DNA of 64,000 bases, from NCBI RefSeq assembly GCF_009834535.1, contig NC_045697.1, positions 42,038,001 through 42,102,000 of the forward strand. The letters are read 5' to 3'. Positions 41,241-54,234 of this stretch are shown piece after piece. Within the stretch, counting starts at the first letter, position 1. The number at the start of each line of letters is the position of its first letter. The translations under genes were made by a program, and so were the position numbers. The notes beneath the pieces were generated by a model, which worked only from the letters and a program-made list of their open reading frames with translations, searched no databases and was not told the origin of the DNA. The DNA comes from Camelus ferus. Its lineage: Eukaryota.

Positions 41241-41779
41241 ACAACGGGGCTCCACTCTCCAGAGAAATGCCCACATTGGACAAAGTCAATTCTAGAGAAG
41301 ATTATGATGATGAAATCTCCTCTCACACTGGAATCCCTCTGGCCACCATGCCATCCATCCCTTCAGCCAAGACATCCTTGCTGCTCTTCTGCCCAAGTAT
41401 TCTCTCCAGCAGCAATGGATTTTCTCAGTTTTCCCTCCTGTAGTCAAAAGTGACCTGACGGGCATGCCCCTAATTCATGGTTAGGTAATAATGGACATTA
41501 GAAGGCCAAGTGTTTATCCGTGCTATAGTTGCTTTTCAACAATTTTTCCAGAGATTATGTCATAGTGCAAAATAATGGCTGATAGGAACACGAGGCAGAG
41601 TGGCAGGACTGTCAGAGGCAGCCTTTTTGGACAGGTGAGCATTTTGGATTCCTTTACAGTGACTGACACATAGAATAAGCCCTATTTTCACTATTTAGTT
41701 CTCAATCCAATAAATAGGCACACAAAAGCAAGGGGAAATGTAAGGTCTCAGGATAAAATCTATAACCCTTAACACTGCT

Positions 41780-42690
41780 TACTGGACTTGTACCATACTT
41801 GTCTGTGCTTACTTCTCCAAGTTCATCTCTCATCACTGCTTGTCTTCTTTCTTAGGCGCTGAAATCCTTAACCATTGTCAGTTCCCCAACAATCTATCAA
41901 AGGACCATGGCCCCCACCTTTGATTCTGCCACCTATACCACTCCAACAACTTGTAATAAAGTTATATTCTCCTACAATTCTCAGGTTAAGAATGTATTCT
42001 TTTGAAAAACTCTTCCTGAACCTTGGAAGTGGTTATAGGTGCCCCTCCTGTGGCTTCTTCATGGTTCTCTGTATTTTCCTTATTTAAATACTCTTTACAT
42101 TGTACAGTAACTACAATTGCCTATAGCAGCCACTGGAACTTGTAACACTATCTTCATGGATGCTTAGTATTATTTGATCACCTGTAGAGACTGCTAACCC
42201 TTTTTCCATACCCATGTTCTCCTTTGCTCCCAGGATAAAGCTGCCTTACACACCCAGCCTCCTTTGCAGTTAGGTCTGATCATAGGAATCAGTTCCCTCT
42301 ACTGGAATAGGATGAGAAGTGAAAAGAGCCACCACCACACCTGGTCCATCTCATCCTTCTATGCAGTACTCTATTTTATACTGTCTTCTAGACGACTGGG
42401 AAGGAAATGGCCCCATGATGAACTGCAAAGACGAAAGTTAAAACTGCAAAATCACTAGAAGCTTAAGTTCCTAAACAGTTGTTTGAAGCAGACCTCCTCA
42501 CTTACCTAGAATCATTTTGGACTTCCACCTGAGAAAGAAACAAGCTTCTTTTTAAATCCTCATTTTGAGGAACAGGGGGCATTTATTTTTATAGCATCAG
42601 TTACATCATCTTTATGTTTCTTGGAGTCTAGCATAACTATAGGCACATTAGATACCTATAAATACGTTGAAAAAACCCAAATGAATGAAA
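41780..42690 (+). mobile_element. L2 fragment interrupted by an MLT1 LTR
   Basis: L2-like pieces at ~41780-42180 and ~42610-42690 (aaatgaatgaa terminus). Confidence 0.5.
42183..42610 (+). mobile_element. MLT1J-like MaLR LTR
   Basis: tgtagagactgcta start, cccagcctcctttgcagttagg, ttttggacttccacctgagaaagaaacaagcttct. Confidence 0.7.
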
Positions 42691-42744
42691 GACTAGTATG
42701 AACATCCTCAAGAAATAAATCTTTTTGTCAAACTAGTATTATAA

Positions 42745-42992
42745 AAATAGTTAACATTTATTTTATGCTTGCTATATGCTGCTGCTTTCTAAGATTCTTT
42801 ACATAAATTATCTCATTTAAACCTCTTAACAATGTTATGAGATAGGTCCTACTATTATCTCATTATACAGATTAGTAAATTGAAGCTTGACCCACCTTAT
42901 TATTCACTATCTAATGTATCATAATTATGTGGTGGATGAATCAAATTCAACTCAAACAACATGGCTCAAAAGCCTATGTTTTTAACCGCAAT
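42745..42992 (-). mobile_element. MIR
   Basis: aatagttaacatttatt...ttatctcatttaaacctcttaacaatgttatgagatagg...cattatacagat. Confidence 0.75.
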
Positions 42993-44833
42993 GAAATAAA
43001 TAAATGCCATGGCTAGATGACTTCTGTAATCAATAACAAAATTGTTCAACCAACAACAGAATATTTTATATTAATAACACTCTCTTTTGATATAATTTTT
43101 AGGAAAGACCTAAGAGTTTCTAAAAATGTATGATGACACACAGTACCTTCTTATGTGTCTTTTTAAATGCCAGGAGACTTAGATGCTACATAGAAAGTCA
43201 GTTATAGATTTGAGGCTGAAATCCAGTTTCGAGGTTTCTAGTATTATTTTAAACACATCATCGGGGTTTGGCTGCTTCTGGCTCTTACATTTTAACAGAG
43301 AACAGCAGTTGCCTTAGAAGTTTCTAGATTTCATTAATTCATGGGTTTCATTAAATATATAAAATTAGAGCTTACTCTCAAATCAGTAATCAATTCTCGC
43401 ACTTTCAGAGGTTAGGCCTCAGGTTATAATTCACTCAAAATCACTTTAATCCCTAAGTTAAGAAAATCCGCAGAGATCTAATAGAGTGTCATCTTCATCA
43501 TGTCCAGAAAAAAACCCTCCCCATACAACTGGATCAATATCTGTTGTACAAAGTCTAGACTAGATTAATTGGGTTAGTGCCTGTTTGGATTTTAGTCATT
43601 TTATCAGGAGTCCCAGACTGGCTTCTGAAAATCGATGCTTTCCACTGTCAAATTCTAGTATTCAGGGTATGTCAGAAACATTCACTATTATGGCCAAACT
43701 TGAGATGTGGCTATTATTTAAGTAATAATATACTGCAGGAGGGTAGTAAAACAGACAGCTCCAAAAAAAAAAAAAAACACTAGGAAATTATGATTGGATT
43801 CATTTAACAAAATCTATGTAACTGCCTTATTGTTAGGATAACTGTAATAACCACACATTATATATGACTCAGCTGTTTCTCTCGTGTTACCGTATCTATA
43901 ATGAAGGCCACAGTCATTTGTCATGATTATTAATGAAAAATGGTCCAACAGATATTGTCATAAATTCAGTTTAAATCTGTTTTAAACCCTTTTTCATAGC
44001 TATTTAAAAGTCCAAGGGCTGTGCAGGGTGGATGGAAGATTTTTTTAAGATAAATTCTTCTGTACAGTATGATTTTTAAACTTTTTCTATATGTAAATAG
44101 GACTTCATTTTAAATATTAAAAATAGAAAAAATATTAAATAAAAACTGAAAAATACTATAAAATATTTATAGTAGTGGCCTATGAGGAACAGAAATTATG
44201 TATGCATTACAGTATGTTCAAAAATTGACTACATATGTCATGTCTCTGTTTTTTCAGAAACAACGAAAATCAACTTTTTTTTTAAAACCTGTTTTGAATA
44301 AAATCTGTATCCATATAATTGCAAACACTGTAGAAAATAGTTTCTGGAGAGAGTTTTGGCCTAGATAAATTGAAGTTTCATTTTTTAAATATAAAATACT
44401 AAAGATTTTAGTTTGATGTGTTTTAAATAAAAAAGTTATATTTGGAGGTAGACCTCCAATATATTGCCAGGGGAACCCTGGCTACAGGCTGGAAAGTCTC
44501 ATTTACAAATCAGGTACTGTCCCGGGAGAAAGGAGGACCTGAAGGCACTTTTGCCTTTTGTTCAAGAAGAAAATACAAGAAAAGCGGCAGTTTGGAGACT
44601 TTTTAAGTTCTCAAACTTATGCAGATTGTGGAATATTGGGAAGACAAGGTACAATTTGAATAAGAACATGAAACATCAATATTAGGTTCAAGTAATTAAA
44701 TATATATAGATATAATTAGATACATATAATTAGATATATTCCATTCTTGTAGATATGAAAATTGATGGTATGAATGGGAAAAAAATTAACTGAGAAAATT
44801 ATATATATTGACACAGGTTTTCAACATATTAAG

Positions 44834-45206
44834 TGTTATGGACTGAATTGTGCCCCCACCCCAAATTCACATTAAAGCCCCAACCCCCCACGTGACTGTG
44901 TTTGGGACCTTTAAGGAGATAATTAAGGTTAAATGTGGTCATAATGGTAAGGCTAATGTGACAGGACTCATGTCCTTATAAGAGGAAGAGACACCAGGGC
45001 TGTCTCACTCTCTAAGCAAAGGCCATGGGAGGACACAGAGGGAAGGCAGTTGACTGCAAGCCAGGAAGTGAGGCTTCACCAGAAACCAACCCTGGCAGCA
45101 ACTTGATCTTGGATTCTAGCTTCAGAACTCTGAGAAAATAAATTTCTGTTGTTTAAGTCCCTCAGTCTGTGGTATTTTATTATGGCAGCCGCGGTAGACT
45201 AAGACA
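44834..45206 (+). mobile_element. MLT1A/A0-type MaLR solo LTR, full length
   Basis: TG...CA termini (tgttatggactgaattgtgccccc ... ttatggcagccgcggtagactaagaca); gtccttataagagg TATA region; aataaatttctgttgtttaag poly(A) region. Confidence 0.9.
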
Positions 45207-46171
45207 TTTGGAAACAACCACCATGGTTTCTTTCTAACAGCGTAGCAGTTTTGCATCTTGAGTAGCACAAGTGTTTCGGGAAGAGCTTCCCATTGCCTAC
45301 CAGAGGATCCAGTCTCTCTGGGCAACATACACACCCATTTTTCTTGTGGCCCCACCTATCTCTCGAGCCCCATTTCTTGGCATTTTGCCACTCTCACAAA
45401 AAGGAGCTATCTATAGATGTCTATTCAATGACTCCATGTCTTTCCTCTGCTCTGACTTCCTTTCCCCAGTTTACATTCCTGGAAAACTCTCACCAACCTT
45501 CAACATCCCAGGTATGGGTCACCTCTTGTTTTGCACAGCCCTCCTCAACTCCTCTAACCAGTCATCACTCACTCCTTGGCACTCATTGTATCTGTGTTTT
45601 CTGAGCATTCTGTGCTTACTAGGCCTATCACAATTATAATTTTGCTTCTATGTTTCCCTCAACAGATGTGCAGTTTTAAATAACAAGGATAACAATGATG
45701 TTTGACTCTCTTTATTGAGTTGAGAAGCTCAGAGAAAGTTTAACTAAAATAGAGAGCCTTTTTTCTAGGACAAGAAGGACATACATTTCAAAGGTTTTAA
45801 TACTTTCTTTTTAGAAATACTGTAAAGAGAAAGGAAAAACAATCCAAGTTAAGTTTATTGGACATTTTCAGCTGGTTAGGAATGCTTAAATGAGTGAATT
45901 TTTTTTTTATTTCATTAGAGATGTTTCCTCCAGTGTTATTGAAATAGTCCTCATCAAAATATATGAAGGTCAAGGGCATCTTTACCCTTGGAAGTGCCAA
46001 TTTTGAAAGTAAACAACAAAGAAGTATTTCAGAATGAAAGTAAATCTAAAGAAAAGTTGAGGATTTGTGAGCAGGCAAAAGGCTAAGCTGAAGGGACACT
46101 GAGTCAGGAGCAAGGAAATCTGATTTCTAGTTTGTCATCTGCCACTCTCTTAACAATATCTGTTGGCTGAT

Positions 46172-46199
46172 ACACACACACACACACACACACACACAC
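46172..46199. repeat. (AC)14 microsatellite
   Basis: Directly visible. Confidence 0.95.
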
Positions 46200-47749
46200 C
46201 CCATTTAACTATAGTTTTTGTTGTAATACAATTTATAACAACTAAATTTTTTCTTGTTTTAACATTTTTCAAGATGTTCAATTATTCTTCATTGAATTCT
46301 TTAGAGTTATTTTATCATATATCACTACAGGATTTATTTAACGTGATTTAAATTTCATTGTTTTAGATACAGGGATATGATTTTGATATATAAATCTGAC
46401 AATAGTCAATACTCCTCACAGCACCTAGTCCTGGCCCAACCTCACTTGCTATAGATATCTTTTATTGACTCATTCACAAATTCATCTAAAATGTGCTTTA
46501 ACACTTAACAATGTGTCAGGCAACTATGCTCACTTAAAGAATTCACTTTAAAGTAAGAAATTAATCCATTCATGAGCAAATAAACTGTCCTTTCAAATTA
46601 CTAAGTGCCCTGTGATATAGAAATTGCTTGGTTTTAATCTGATTCTGGGACACACATCTAAACATCAGTGTAAAAGATTAAAATTTAAAAGTACGATGTC
46701 AAAATTCCTTGTACTTGTACTGTCATGAAAGATGATCCAAAAAAAGATTAATAATTCAAAGTTATTTATCTCAAATTATTACTGTTTTATTAATAGCAAA
46801 TCTTCAGCAAATAATAAGTAGGAAGAAAATCAAGAACCTGTTGGGGGGGAATGATGATAGTCTATGTTTGGTTTGTATTTTCTTGTCAATGTAACTCTAT
46901 TTTGTTAATTTCAGTTATAAGTCTACAAATACTAGTAACATACTAATATCAAAATACTACTTATGTTAGAAATACTGTGAATTAATTTTCACTTTGGGGC
47001 AGATTTTGATTTGAATTAATCAGAAGTTTTTTGCATTTTCTTTTTTATATTTCCAACTTTTTATCTAATAACTGCATTGCACTGAATACTTATCTGTGAC
47101 TGCGTAGATCTTCTGAGAAATTCCACAGAGGACCATAGCCAAGGCAGTATGATAATACCCTCTTTGAACACTATAGGGCAGAGTTCCTCAAACTAGGGTT
47201 CATGTGCATATTCTCTGATATCTGCAAGTTCTCAAATTTTAGAAACATTGAGTGCGAGCTTGATCTTTATTACTAGAATGTTTGCTGAGTTCACCAAAGA
47301 ATCAGAACACTTGTTTAGTCTGCCTTCAATTCTCTATTCACTCACTCTTGAAGCCTCTGTTTGGTCCCCTAAACCTTTGTTTAGGTTCCAGATGAGACCT
47401 AATTTAATCATTTAATTTGAACCTATTCTTGTTAACAACCCAGTCCACTCAAACCATCCCAGAACAAGAGTCCACAGGACAAAAACATTGAATCTTATTC
47501 ATACATCTCCTATGGTATTCAATGTGTTCTCCCATATCAGAGTTTCCATACTCCATCCCCCATGTTGTGCATTTTTTTTCACATTAACCTGGGTTTGGTA
47601 AAAATGATTTTACACTCAAGATAATACCTTACTGTGAGTAGCACATAGTACAAAACAAGATGCAAGGAGAAAAGAACCCTAGAGTATGAGATAAGAAACA
47701 AAGACCTACTGCTTTGCCTCTGCGCCCCATATGATCATGGTCACGTTGG

Positions 47750-48110
47750 TTCTTATCACTCAGCCACATTTTTTCATCTGTAATGATAACCCCCATGTTC
47801 CCCACTGGTTTGCTATGAGGACTGCAATAAAAGGAATGGAAATGCATTGTAACTGTCATGATATCATTATGGGATAGTCTTAATTTATTTATGAGATCTT
47901 TGGCCAAGGCCATATGAACTTGGACTTAACTAGAGACAAAATATGGCAACACTGTCTAACTTTGGCTAAGATGAATTACATATAAACCTTGATCGCTTCA
48001 CACATAAATGAGGATAACCCTACCTCATAGGATTATTGTAAGTATTCCATAAGATAACCTATATATTACAAATTCTTAGACTGATGCTTGGCCCTGGTAA
48101 AAATATGCTA
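47750..48110 (+). mobile_element. Two adjacent MIR fragments
   Basis: ttttttcatctgtaatgataac...gtttgctatgaggactgcaa and aatgaggataaccctacctcataggattattgtaag. Confidence 0.6.
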
Positions 48111-49098
48111 AAAAAAAAGCAATTTCAAAAAATGAGTGGGGTTTGTAGTATGTAATTTCATTGTTATTTTTATGTAATTCAGTTACATAAAATTAATGAG
48201 AACTTGGCTGAATTAAAATGTCTGAGGAATTTAAAATACTAAAGTAAGCCCTGATCCAAATTCCTAATTAAGTTCTTGAACTTTAATACAAGGGAAATAA
48301 CCTTAAGAACATACTGGCAGAGATGTTTATGTAAACTAATCTAAAACATTTTTTCTCTTATTCATACAATTTTATGGATGTAGATGAAGGAAAACCCCAG
48401 AGATGATTCCTCAGTCCTCATCTCCTTTTATCAATTGATAAGCAATGCTTACAGCTAAGAAAGCTCGTTGCAGCTACAGGGAATGATGGAGATTTTCCTC
48501 TCTCTAATTGTAACCCAGAGATTTGTGGCTGAGAAAATGATAAGTAAACAAGCAAATAAAAGATCACTAAAGAACCACAAAGAAGCACAGAAACTATTCC
48601 CAGAGAAGTACACTGTATATTCTGGTTGGAAGTTATCAATGTTGCCTGGTTTAGCACCACAACCATACTTTATGTGAGTTAAGGTGGAGGGAAGCCCCCA
48701 GAGAACTGATACTGAAGGTATCTCAGAAATTACGGAAAGTTGCATTTACAGTTTTCCTTCAAATCTGTGCTTTCAACTTACTTCTGAGAAAAGGAAAAAT
48801 GATATGGCTACAATATATATCTTCTAGCAGGTGTCCATTCATATTTTTTCATGAAATTTCCCTGAAGGAGTCAGGCATTCTGTTCCAGTTTAGTAAAAGT
48901 CAAAGTTAATATTCGTCAAGTATAATTTGCCTCTTGGCCTCAACTGGCAAATTCATCATCTTGAACCAAAGTAAACAATGAGAAAAAGCATGAAAGATGC
49001 CAATGAACTGATTGGGTTGACCTTAGCCTCCATCAGTTTCTAGCAAACCTCTCTACTTCTTAGACTGCTTAGCCCCACAGAGATTTTTATTATCTCCT

Positions 49099-49104
49099 AC
49101 TTAC
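49099..49104 (-). promoter_or_regulatory. 5' splice donor GTAAGT
   Basis: Plus-strand acttac at 49099-49104 directly follows the last codon (TTG). Confidence 0.92.
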
Positions 49105-49284
49105 CAAGGGCTTGGTTTCATCTTCATCTTTGAAATAATAGAGCTGATCTCCCTTGAGCACGAACCAGCGGGTATGCCAAGTCTTGACAAAGCCCCCCTG
49201 CTTCCTCAGCCACCCACACTTCGTGGCACTGCTCCGCCCTTGGCCTTGCTGGAGGCTCTCCGTGGAGTCATTGTTCTCCTCCAT
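49105..49284 (-). CDS. ARHGAP24: Rho GTPase-activating protein 24 (FilGAP), first coding exon (60 codons: N-terminus and start of PH domain)
   Basis: Translates to MEENNDSTESLQQGQGRSSATKCGWLRKQGGFVKTWHTRWFVLKGDQLYYFKDEDETKPL, which I recognise as the ARHGAP24 N-terminus (PH signature KCGWLRKQGG..KTWHTRWFVL). ATG at 49284-49282 in ataATGG context. 180 nt ending in phase 0 at TTG|GTAAGT. Confidence 0.96.
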
Positions 49285-49304
49285 TATCAAGCTGATAGAC
49301 TTTC
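49285..49304 (-). other. ARHGAP24: 5'UTR part of the ARHGAP24 ATG exon (whole exon 49304-49105)
   Basis: Minus strand reads ...tttgtttgtttgctaaatAG|GAAAGTCTATCAGCTTGATA-ATG; acceptor AG at 49306-49305, 20 nt before the ATG. Confidence 0.85.
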
Positions 49305-49344
49305 CTATTTAGCAAACAAACAAACAAACAACAACAAAAATAAG
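49305..49344 (-). promoter_or_regulatory. 3' splice site: candidate branch point CTTAT (A at 49341), (TTG/TTTG)n U-rich tract, acceptor AG
   Basis: Minus strand cCTTATttttgttgttgtttgtttgtttgtttgctaaatAG; no other AG between the branch candidate and the acceptor. Confidence 0.75.
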
Positions 49345-50196
49345 GTGCTCTGTTTATTCAATTCCCTCTTAAATCACCCCTGCCCCTTAAAAAAAAAAAA
49401 AGGCTGGAGGAGGAGTGAAAAATGTATATCAACTCACATACCAAATTTCTAGAAGCAAACCACAAAACTGACAACAATATTCTTGGAGGAAACTTGGACA
49501 GAGTTCCTTGTGTCTTCCTTAAATGAGCTAGTCAGCTGTGTGATAATATCCCTTTTTTCCTAAGAACTAAAGAATGGGAAAGTTCTAGAGGTAATATATT
49601 AAGAAGCCATTTGGGGAAGGCAGCTACGCCCACCACTGTACCAACAACGCAAGAAGCAATTATTGAAGACAAACTAAAACCACCAACAAAAACAGAACTC
49701 TCATGAAAATGGGCCTCTGCGTCTGGTATGCACTGACTGGAGCCTGCTTGTGCAGGCCTGGGATTATTCGAGCAAACACTAGCCTGACACATGTTAAAGT
49801 TTAAAGGGACTATTTAAAAAACCTCAATGGAAGACATTTGTTTTACATATGTGAAAACTTCTCAAGATGTATCTGCCCTCCTTTCTCCCAAAGTATCCCC
49901 TTAAGAGTTTCTTTGGTCAAAAATTAGTGCAGCTGAAAAATTTAGGAAAAAAACAAAAAAACTCTGCTTAGTCAGTGAGTTTCCTTCAAACTTCAGGAGT
50001 GAGTGGGGTCCTGCAGTCAACTGCATGATGAAGACAATTTCAAAGTTGTGTGTGAAGAAGTATAAGGTTATACACACTATACAGAGTGAAAAAATGAGTC
50101 CATCGTAGAGGAAATACTAACCAACTGCCACAGTAAGAACAGAGGAGGTGGTTTTCTGGGAGAGCCAAAGACACATGGTTAAGAATAAAAGACAAT

Positions 50197-50424
50197 CCAG
50201 GGGGTGGGGGGATAAATTGGGAGTTTGGGATTTGCAGATACTAACTACTATATATAAGATAGATAAACAACAAGGTCCTACTGTATAGCATAAGGAATTA
50301 TAGCCAATATCTTATAATAGTCTACAATGAAAAGAAGTATGTATGTGTACAACTGAATCACTATGCTGTACACCAGAAATTAACGCAATATTATAAATTG
50401 ACTATGCTTGAATTAAAAATAAAA
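50197..50424 (+). mobile_element. Cetartiodactyl-type L1 3' end (5'-truncated)
   Basis: gggataaattgggagtttgggatttgcagatac...gataaacaacaaggtcctactgtatagca...aactgaatcactatgctgtacaccagaaattaac; decayed TSD aagaataaaagacaat/aagagtagaagccatt. Confidence 0.85.
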
Positions 50425-52239
50425 AAGAGTAGAAGCCATTTTACTGTCCCAGAGGCTTCTTAACATTCTTAACTAGTGTCCATTCCTAAGCACTTTTTCA
50501 GAAACTGAAAACTGCACCCTCACCCTGATGTCTCTCATGATATATGGATACAGACTAATTAATAAAACACAGAATACTCCTATTCCAGCATACTCACGCC
50601 CACAGCTTCTGCTTTTTCTGCTTGATTCCAGAAAACAGGCTGTCTTTCTGTCTAGTCTTTATTTCCACCACTAATTTTTTCAATTAATTTGTATGTACAC
50701 ATTCCTACTTCGAATTCCTTGTAGTTTCAATTCTCAGCCCTTGGCTATTTACATTTCTTGTGCCCAGGTGAGGGTCAAGCCTTCTGTTACTGGGCCTCTG
50801 GTTTCTTTGAATCTAGTCCTGCCATTCCAGTTGCAGGATGAAGCAGAACTTCCGTTCTGATTTTCATCATTTCAACCATCCTTTCAGCAGTTTTGCCTCT
50901 TCCATTGGCATGCATTCCAAGCTAACCCCATCCTTGCTTTTATCTTCAGCTCTTCAAACGACTTTTAAGTTTCACTTAGGTCGCCCGACTGCCATCTGTT
51001 TCATTCAATATCCGCTTTTTCCTTTCTCACCCTGAAACAGCGTTCTAATGAGCAGGGCCTCATCTCTACAAAACATCTTGAAACTTCCTTTGATCCATAG
51101 GGCATCCCCATGGCCATCACCGCTCACTGCAGGAAACAGTTTCCCATCCTGTGTGTGCCTGTGTGTGAGCAGACTGGATTATGCCTGTTACGTCAAGTTT
51201 GTTATGCCCTCCGGGCAGGGACTTTCATCTCTTTCTTTCACAACTCTTGACCCAATATGAAGAGCCAAGTAAACCTCACTCTAAATGAACAATAAATGCT
51301 GTAACATAATTTAGATAATAAGTATGCTTGTTTAGACCACTCTTAATAATCGTTTTTGGTTTCCCGGTATTTAAATTGTTCACATCTACACAAATTGCTA
51401 TTTCATCATTACCTATTTATTCTTTAACTAAGTATCTTAAATTACAAAGTTGAATGAGACCTTAAACATTCCAGCACGCACACCCATATGCACACACACG
51501 CACACAAATCTAGGATTCATTGCACAACAAATACTTTCATTGGGGGCCTTTTTTTTTCTTTCCTCTCATATTCTTGCTTTCTAATTAAGTTTGAAAAATC
51601 CCCTCTAAAATGCTTCAAGGTAATTAGCAACTTACCATCAATAATATAAAAAATACAAGTGCCCAATTCCACTTTCGTCTACTATTAATGCCTCCATAAA
51701 AAGAATGTATGCACATTAGAACATGGTTTATGATTCTTCTTGCATATGTTGTTTGTAAGTCTGATGAAACCAGTGGCAGCATCAGCCACTGAACTGGCTA
51801 TAATGCCCATATTTTCATGACTTCAGAATGCATCAGAGAGTATTTTAATAGTACTAATTGTAACAATTCATTAAAACAGAAATGAAAACAGATTGTATCA
51901 CATCCCTAAGGGAAAATAATACCACAATTATTGTTGGATGAGTAAAATTAAGTTTTAGTAAAACAGCCATAATTTTTATGGAGGAGTCAGTATGTCTGCA
52001 AAAATCAAATGCTTCAAATTCTACCCTTCATCTTTAAAATGAAGATGTTGGACTGGATCATTTCCAACTATGGTCCCTTCCAACACTCTGACATCTACCA
52101 CCTCTGTAATTCAGCAAGCATGAGGAGAGCAGATATCCTCAATACTCAGTACAGTATCTGGCATACAGTAAAGCTCAATCAATGCTTGATGAATTAATAA
52201 ATTTTGCAATAGGTTTGGCGCTAAATATCTAACAGTGAA

Positions 52240-53218
52240 CTTGATCTCCCTCTGAAACCCGATCTTGCCCAAAACCTGATCTTAAATGCTATCATGATAT
52301 ACACAGTTGGGAAAAAATAAATTAAAAAAGAAGAAAAGTGATCATCTTTGATACCTGATTCTTCCTCATCCTGAATATCAAATTTATCTGTAAATTCAGA
52401 AGATTATACCTCCAAAAAATATTTCAAATCTATCCAATTGCTACCATCTCCATTGTCACTCTGTGATCCAAGTTACCATTGTCTTTGACCAGATGATTCT
52501 AACAGTCCTCCACCTGGTCTCATTGCTTCCATTTTTAACCACAAACACAAATACAGGGACACATGCTCACACATGTTTCATTCTCCACAAAACAGCTAAA
52601 GTAAGCTCTTAAAATTTTAAATCAAATAGTGATTCTCTACTCCTAAAATTTTGATTGGTTCCCACTGTACTTATTTTAAAATCTAGTCTTATGGCACATA
52701 AAGCTCTGAATCATCTGGCACCTGTTTACTGGTCTAATCTAATCTCATGCCACCTCCTCTTTATTTCCCCTGACTCCAAACACATGCACACACACTGAAA
52801 GGCTCTGATGTAAGTAACCACACCAGCTTACTTTCAGTTCCGGAAACACCCAAGCTCCTTTATGCCTTGAGTCTTGATACTGCTGCTCTCTGCCTAGGCT
52901 GCTCTGCCTCACGCCTTTTACATGGCTGACCTTTTCTCATCCTTTAAGTCTCAGCCTAAAACCTACCTCCTCCAGCCACCATTGCTAATCACCCAGCAAA
53001 TTAGGTCCCCTCTTGTTATTCCCTGTCAATCACTGAACTCTGTCCTCTGTCTTCCTGACACTTCTCTAAGTTGCTATCTCTTAGCTGTTTATTGCTGATC
53101 ACCCCTGCATGATCCCTTAAGCAGGTCAAGGACTTGCTTTTCCTTTCTGCAGTATATCCAATGCCTTTACAATTGCTTACTTGGTATTCAGTGAACAATT
53201 GTTGAATCAAGGAATGAA
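52240..53218 (+). mobile_element. L2 LINE 3' portion
   Basis: ttatacctccaaaaaat, ctccacaaaacagc, tcatctggcacctg, catcctttaagtctcagc, and tgttgaatcaaggaatgaa terminus. Confidence 0.8.
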
Positions 53219-54120
53219 GCTAGGTAACAATCACATAGAATTCCTACAAAGAATATTTTGACAAGTTTTAGAATTGCATTTAATGTCTTAAAGAAGATGA
53301 TCTATTTTAAGAATTTGATTTGTTTTCTTTTGAAATGGGAGACTTCAATTAGCATAAAAAATATTCTTAAACACAATGTCAAAATCATCAAACTTAAATG
53401 AACCTGAAACTGCCCTTTCCAAAGAAATACAACTTTCAAAACTTACACCTTTTAGCCTTGGTAGGAAATACATCTAATCAATTCTGGTTTAACACGAAGG
53501 AAAGAATAGTTTACTCACTCAGACTCTCAGAGAATGACTTAACTGAATCAACACTGGGAAGGTATTTTCCCTGTGGTCAGGCCATGGCAGCCGGGTAGTA
53601 CCTGAGATTCTAATAGAACCATCAACCTAAGTGTTTAGCAAAACAACATAACAATGACAACAATAACAAATAAATGGTTACTCTAAATTAAAACAAAAAC
53701 AGAATTAAGTTAACTTGCATCTTCGCAACTTTAATGATTGCTACTGTACCATGCTGGGGCTTCAAAAGATCCCATCATTTGATGGGCTCATATCTTTAAA
53801 TTATTTTCCAGGGGTAGAAACTGGTCTGTATATCTACGCATATGGTTCTTTTTTTGCAACCAGATGGGCTAGGAACACATGGTGCAAGTATTAACGTGGT
53901 GCAGTGAGAGATGAAATGCATACTCCTAATAGAATTTTCTAGATAGGTATGTATCTAGATAGATACATAGGTATTTAAATGTGTGACTTCATTTCAACGA
54001 AGAATATATAAACATGTATATAAACAAAAAAAATCTATAAATAGAATGCCATATGCCATAGAGTTGTGATGTGTTTGAATTTACCTACACAGCTACAATG
54101 TTCAGCAAGCACAAGCGAAA

Positions 54121-54234
54121 GGCCATGCTAGTACCTTGATTTCAAACTTCCAGCCTCCAGAACTGTGAGAAAGTAAATTTCTATTGTTTTAAACTACCCA
54201 GCCTTTTGTTATGGCAGCCAGAGCAGACTAAGAC
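54121..54234 (+). mobile_element. MLT1A/MST-type LTR, 3' third only
   Basis: ccttgatttcaaacttccagcctccagaactgtgagaaagtaaatttctattg...ttatggcagccagagcagactaagaca. Confidence 0.85.

Larger units (their letters stand above)
1..49104 (-). other. ARHGAP24: ARHGAP24 intron downstream of the ATG exon (continues past the window start)
   Basis: Starts at the GT donor; no continuation of the PH domain seen in the window; repeat-rich. Confidence 0.8.

Noticed and set aside
24740..42515. Minus-strand AG|GTAAG motifs (~24750, ~33975, ~38265, ~42505) as recursive splice sites
   Set aside because: None has a convincing upstream polypyrimidine tract, and one is GAG rather than YAG.
49285..49290. ORF-track start at 49290 (MIMEE...) and C-terminal VSRR
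   Set aside because: 49290 is a TTG; the real start is the ATG at 49284, and VSRR is read-through into the intron.
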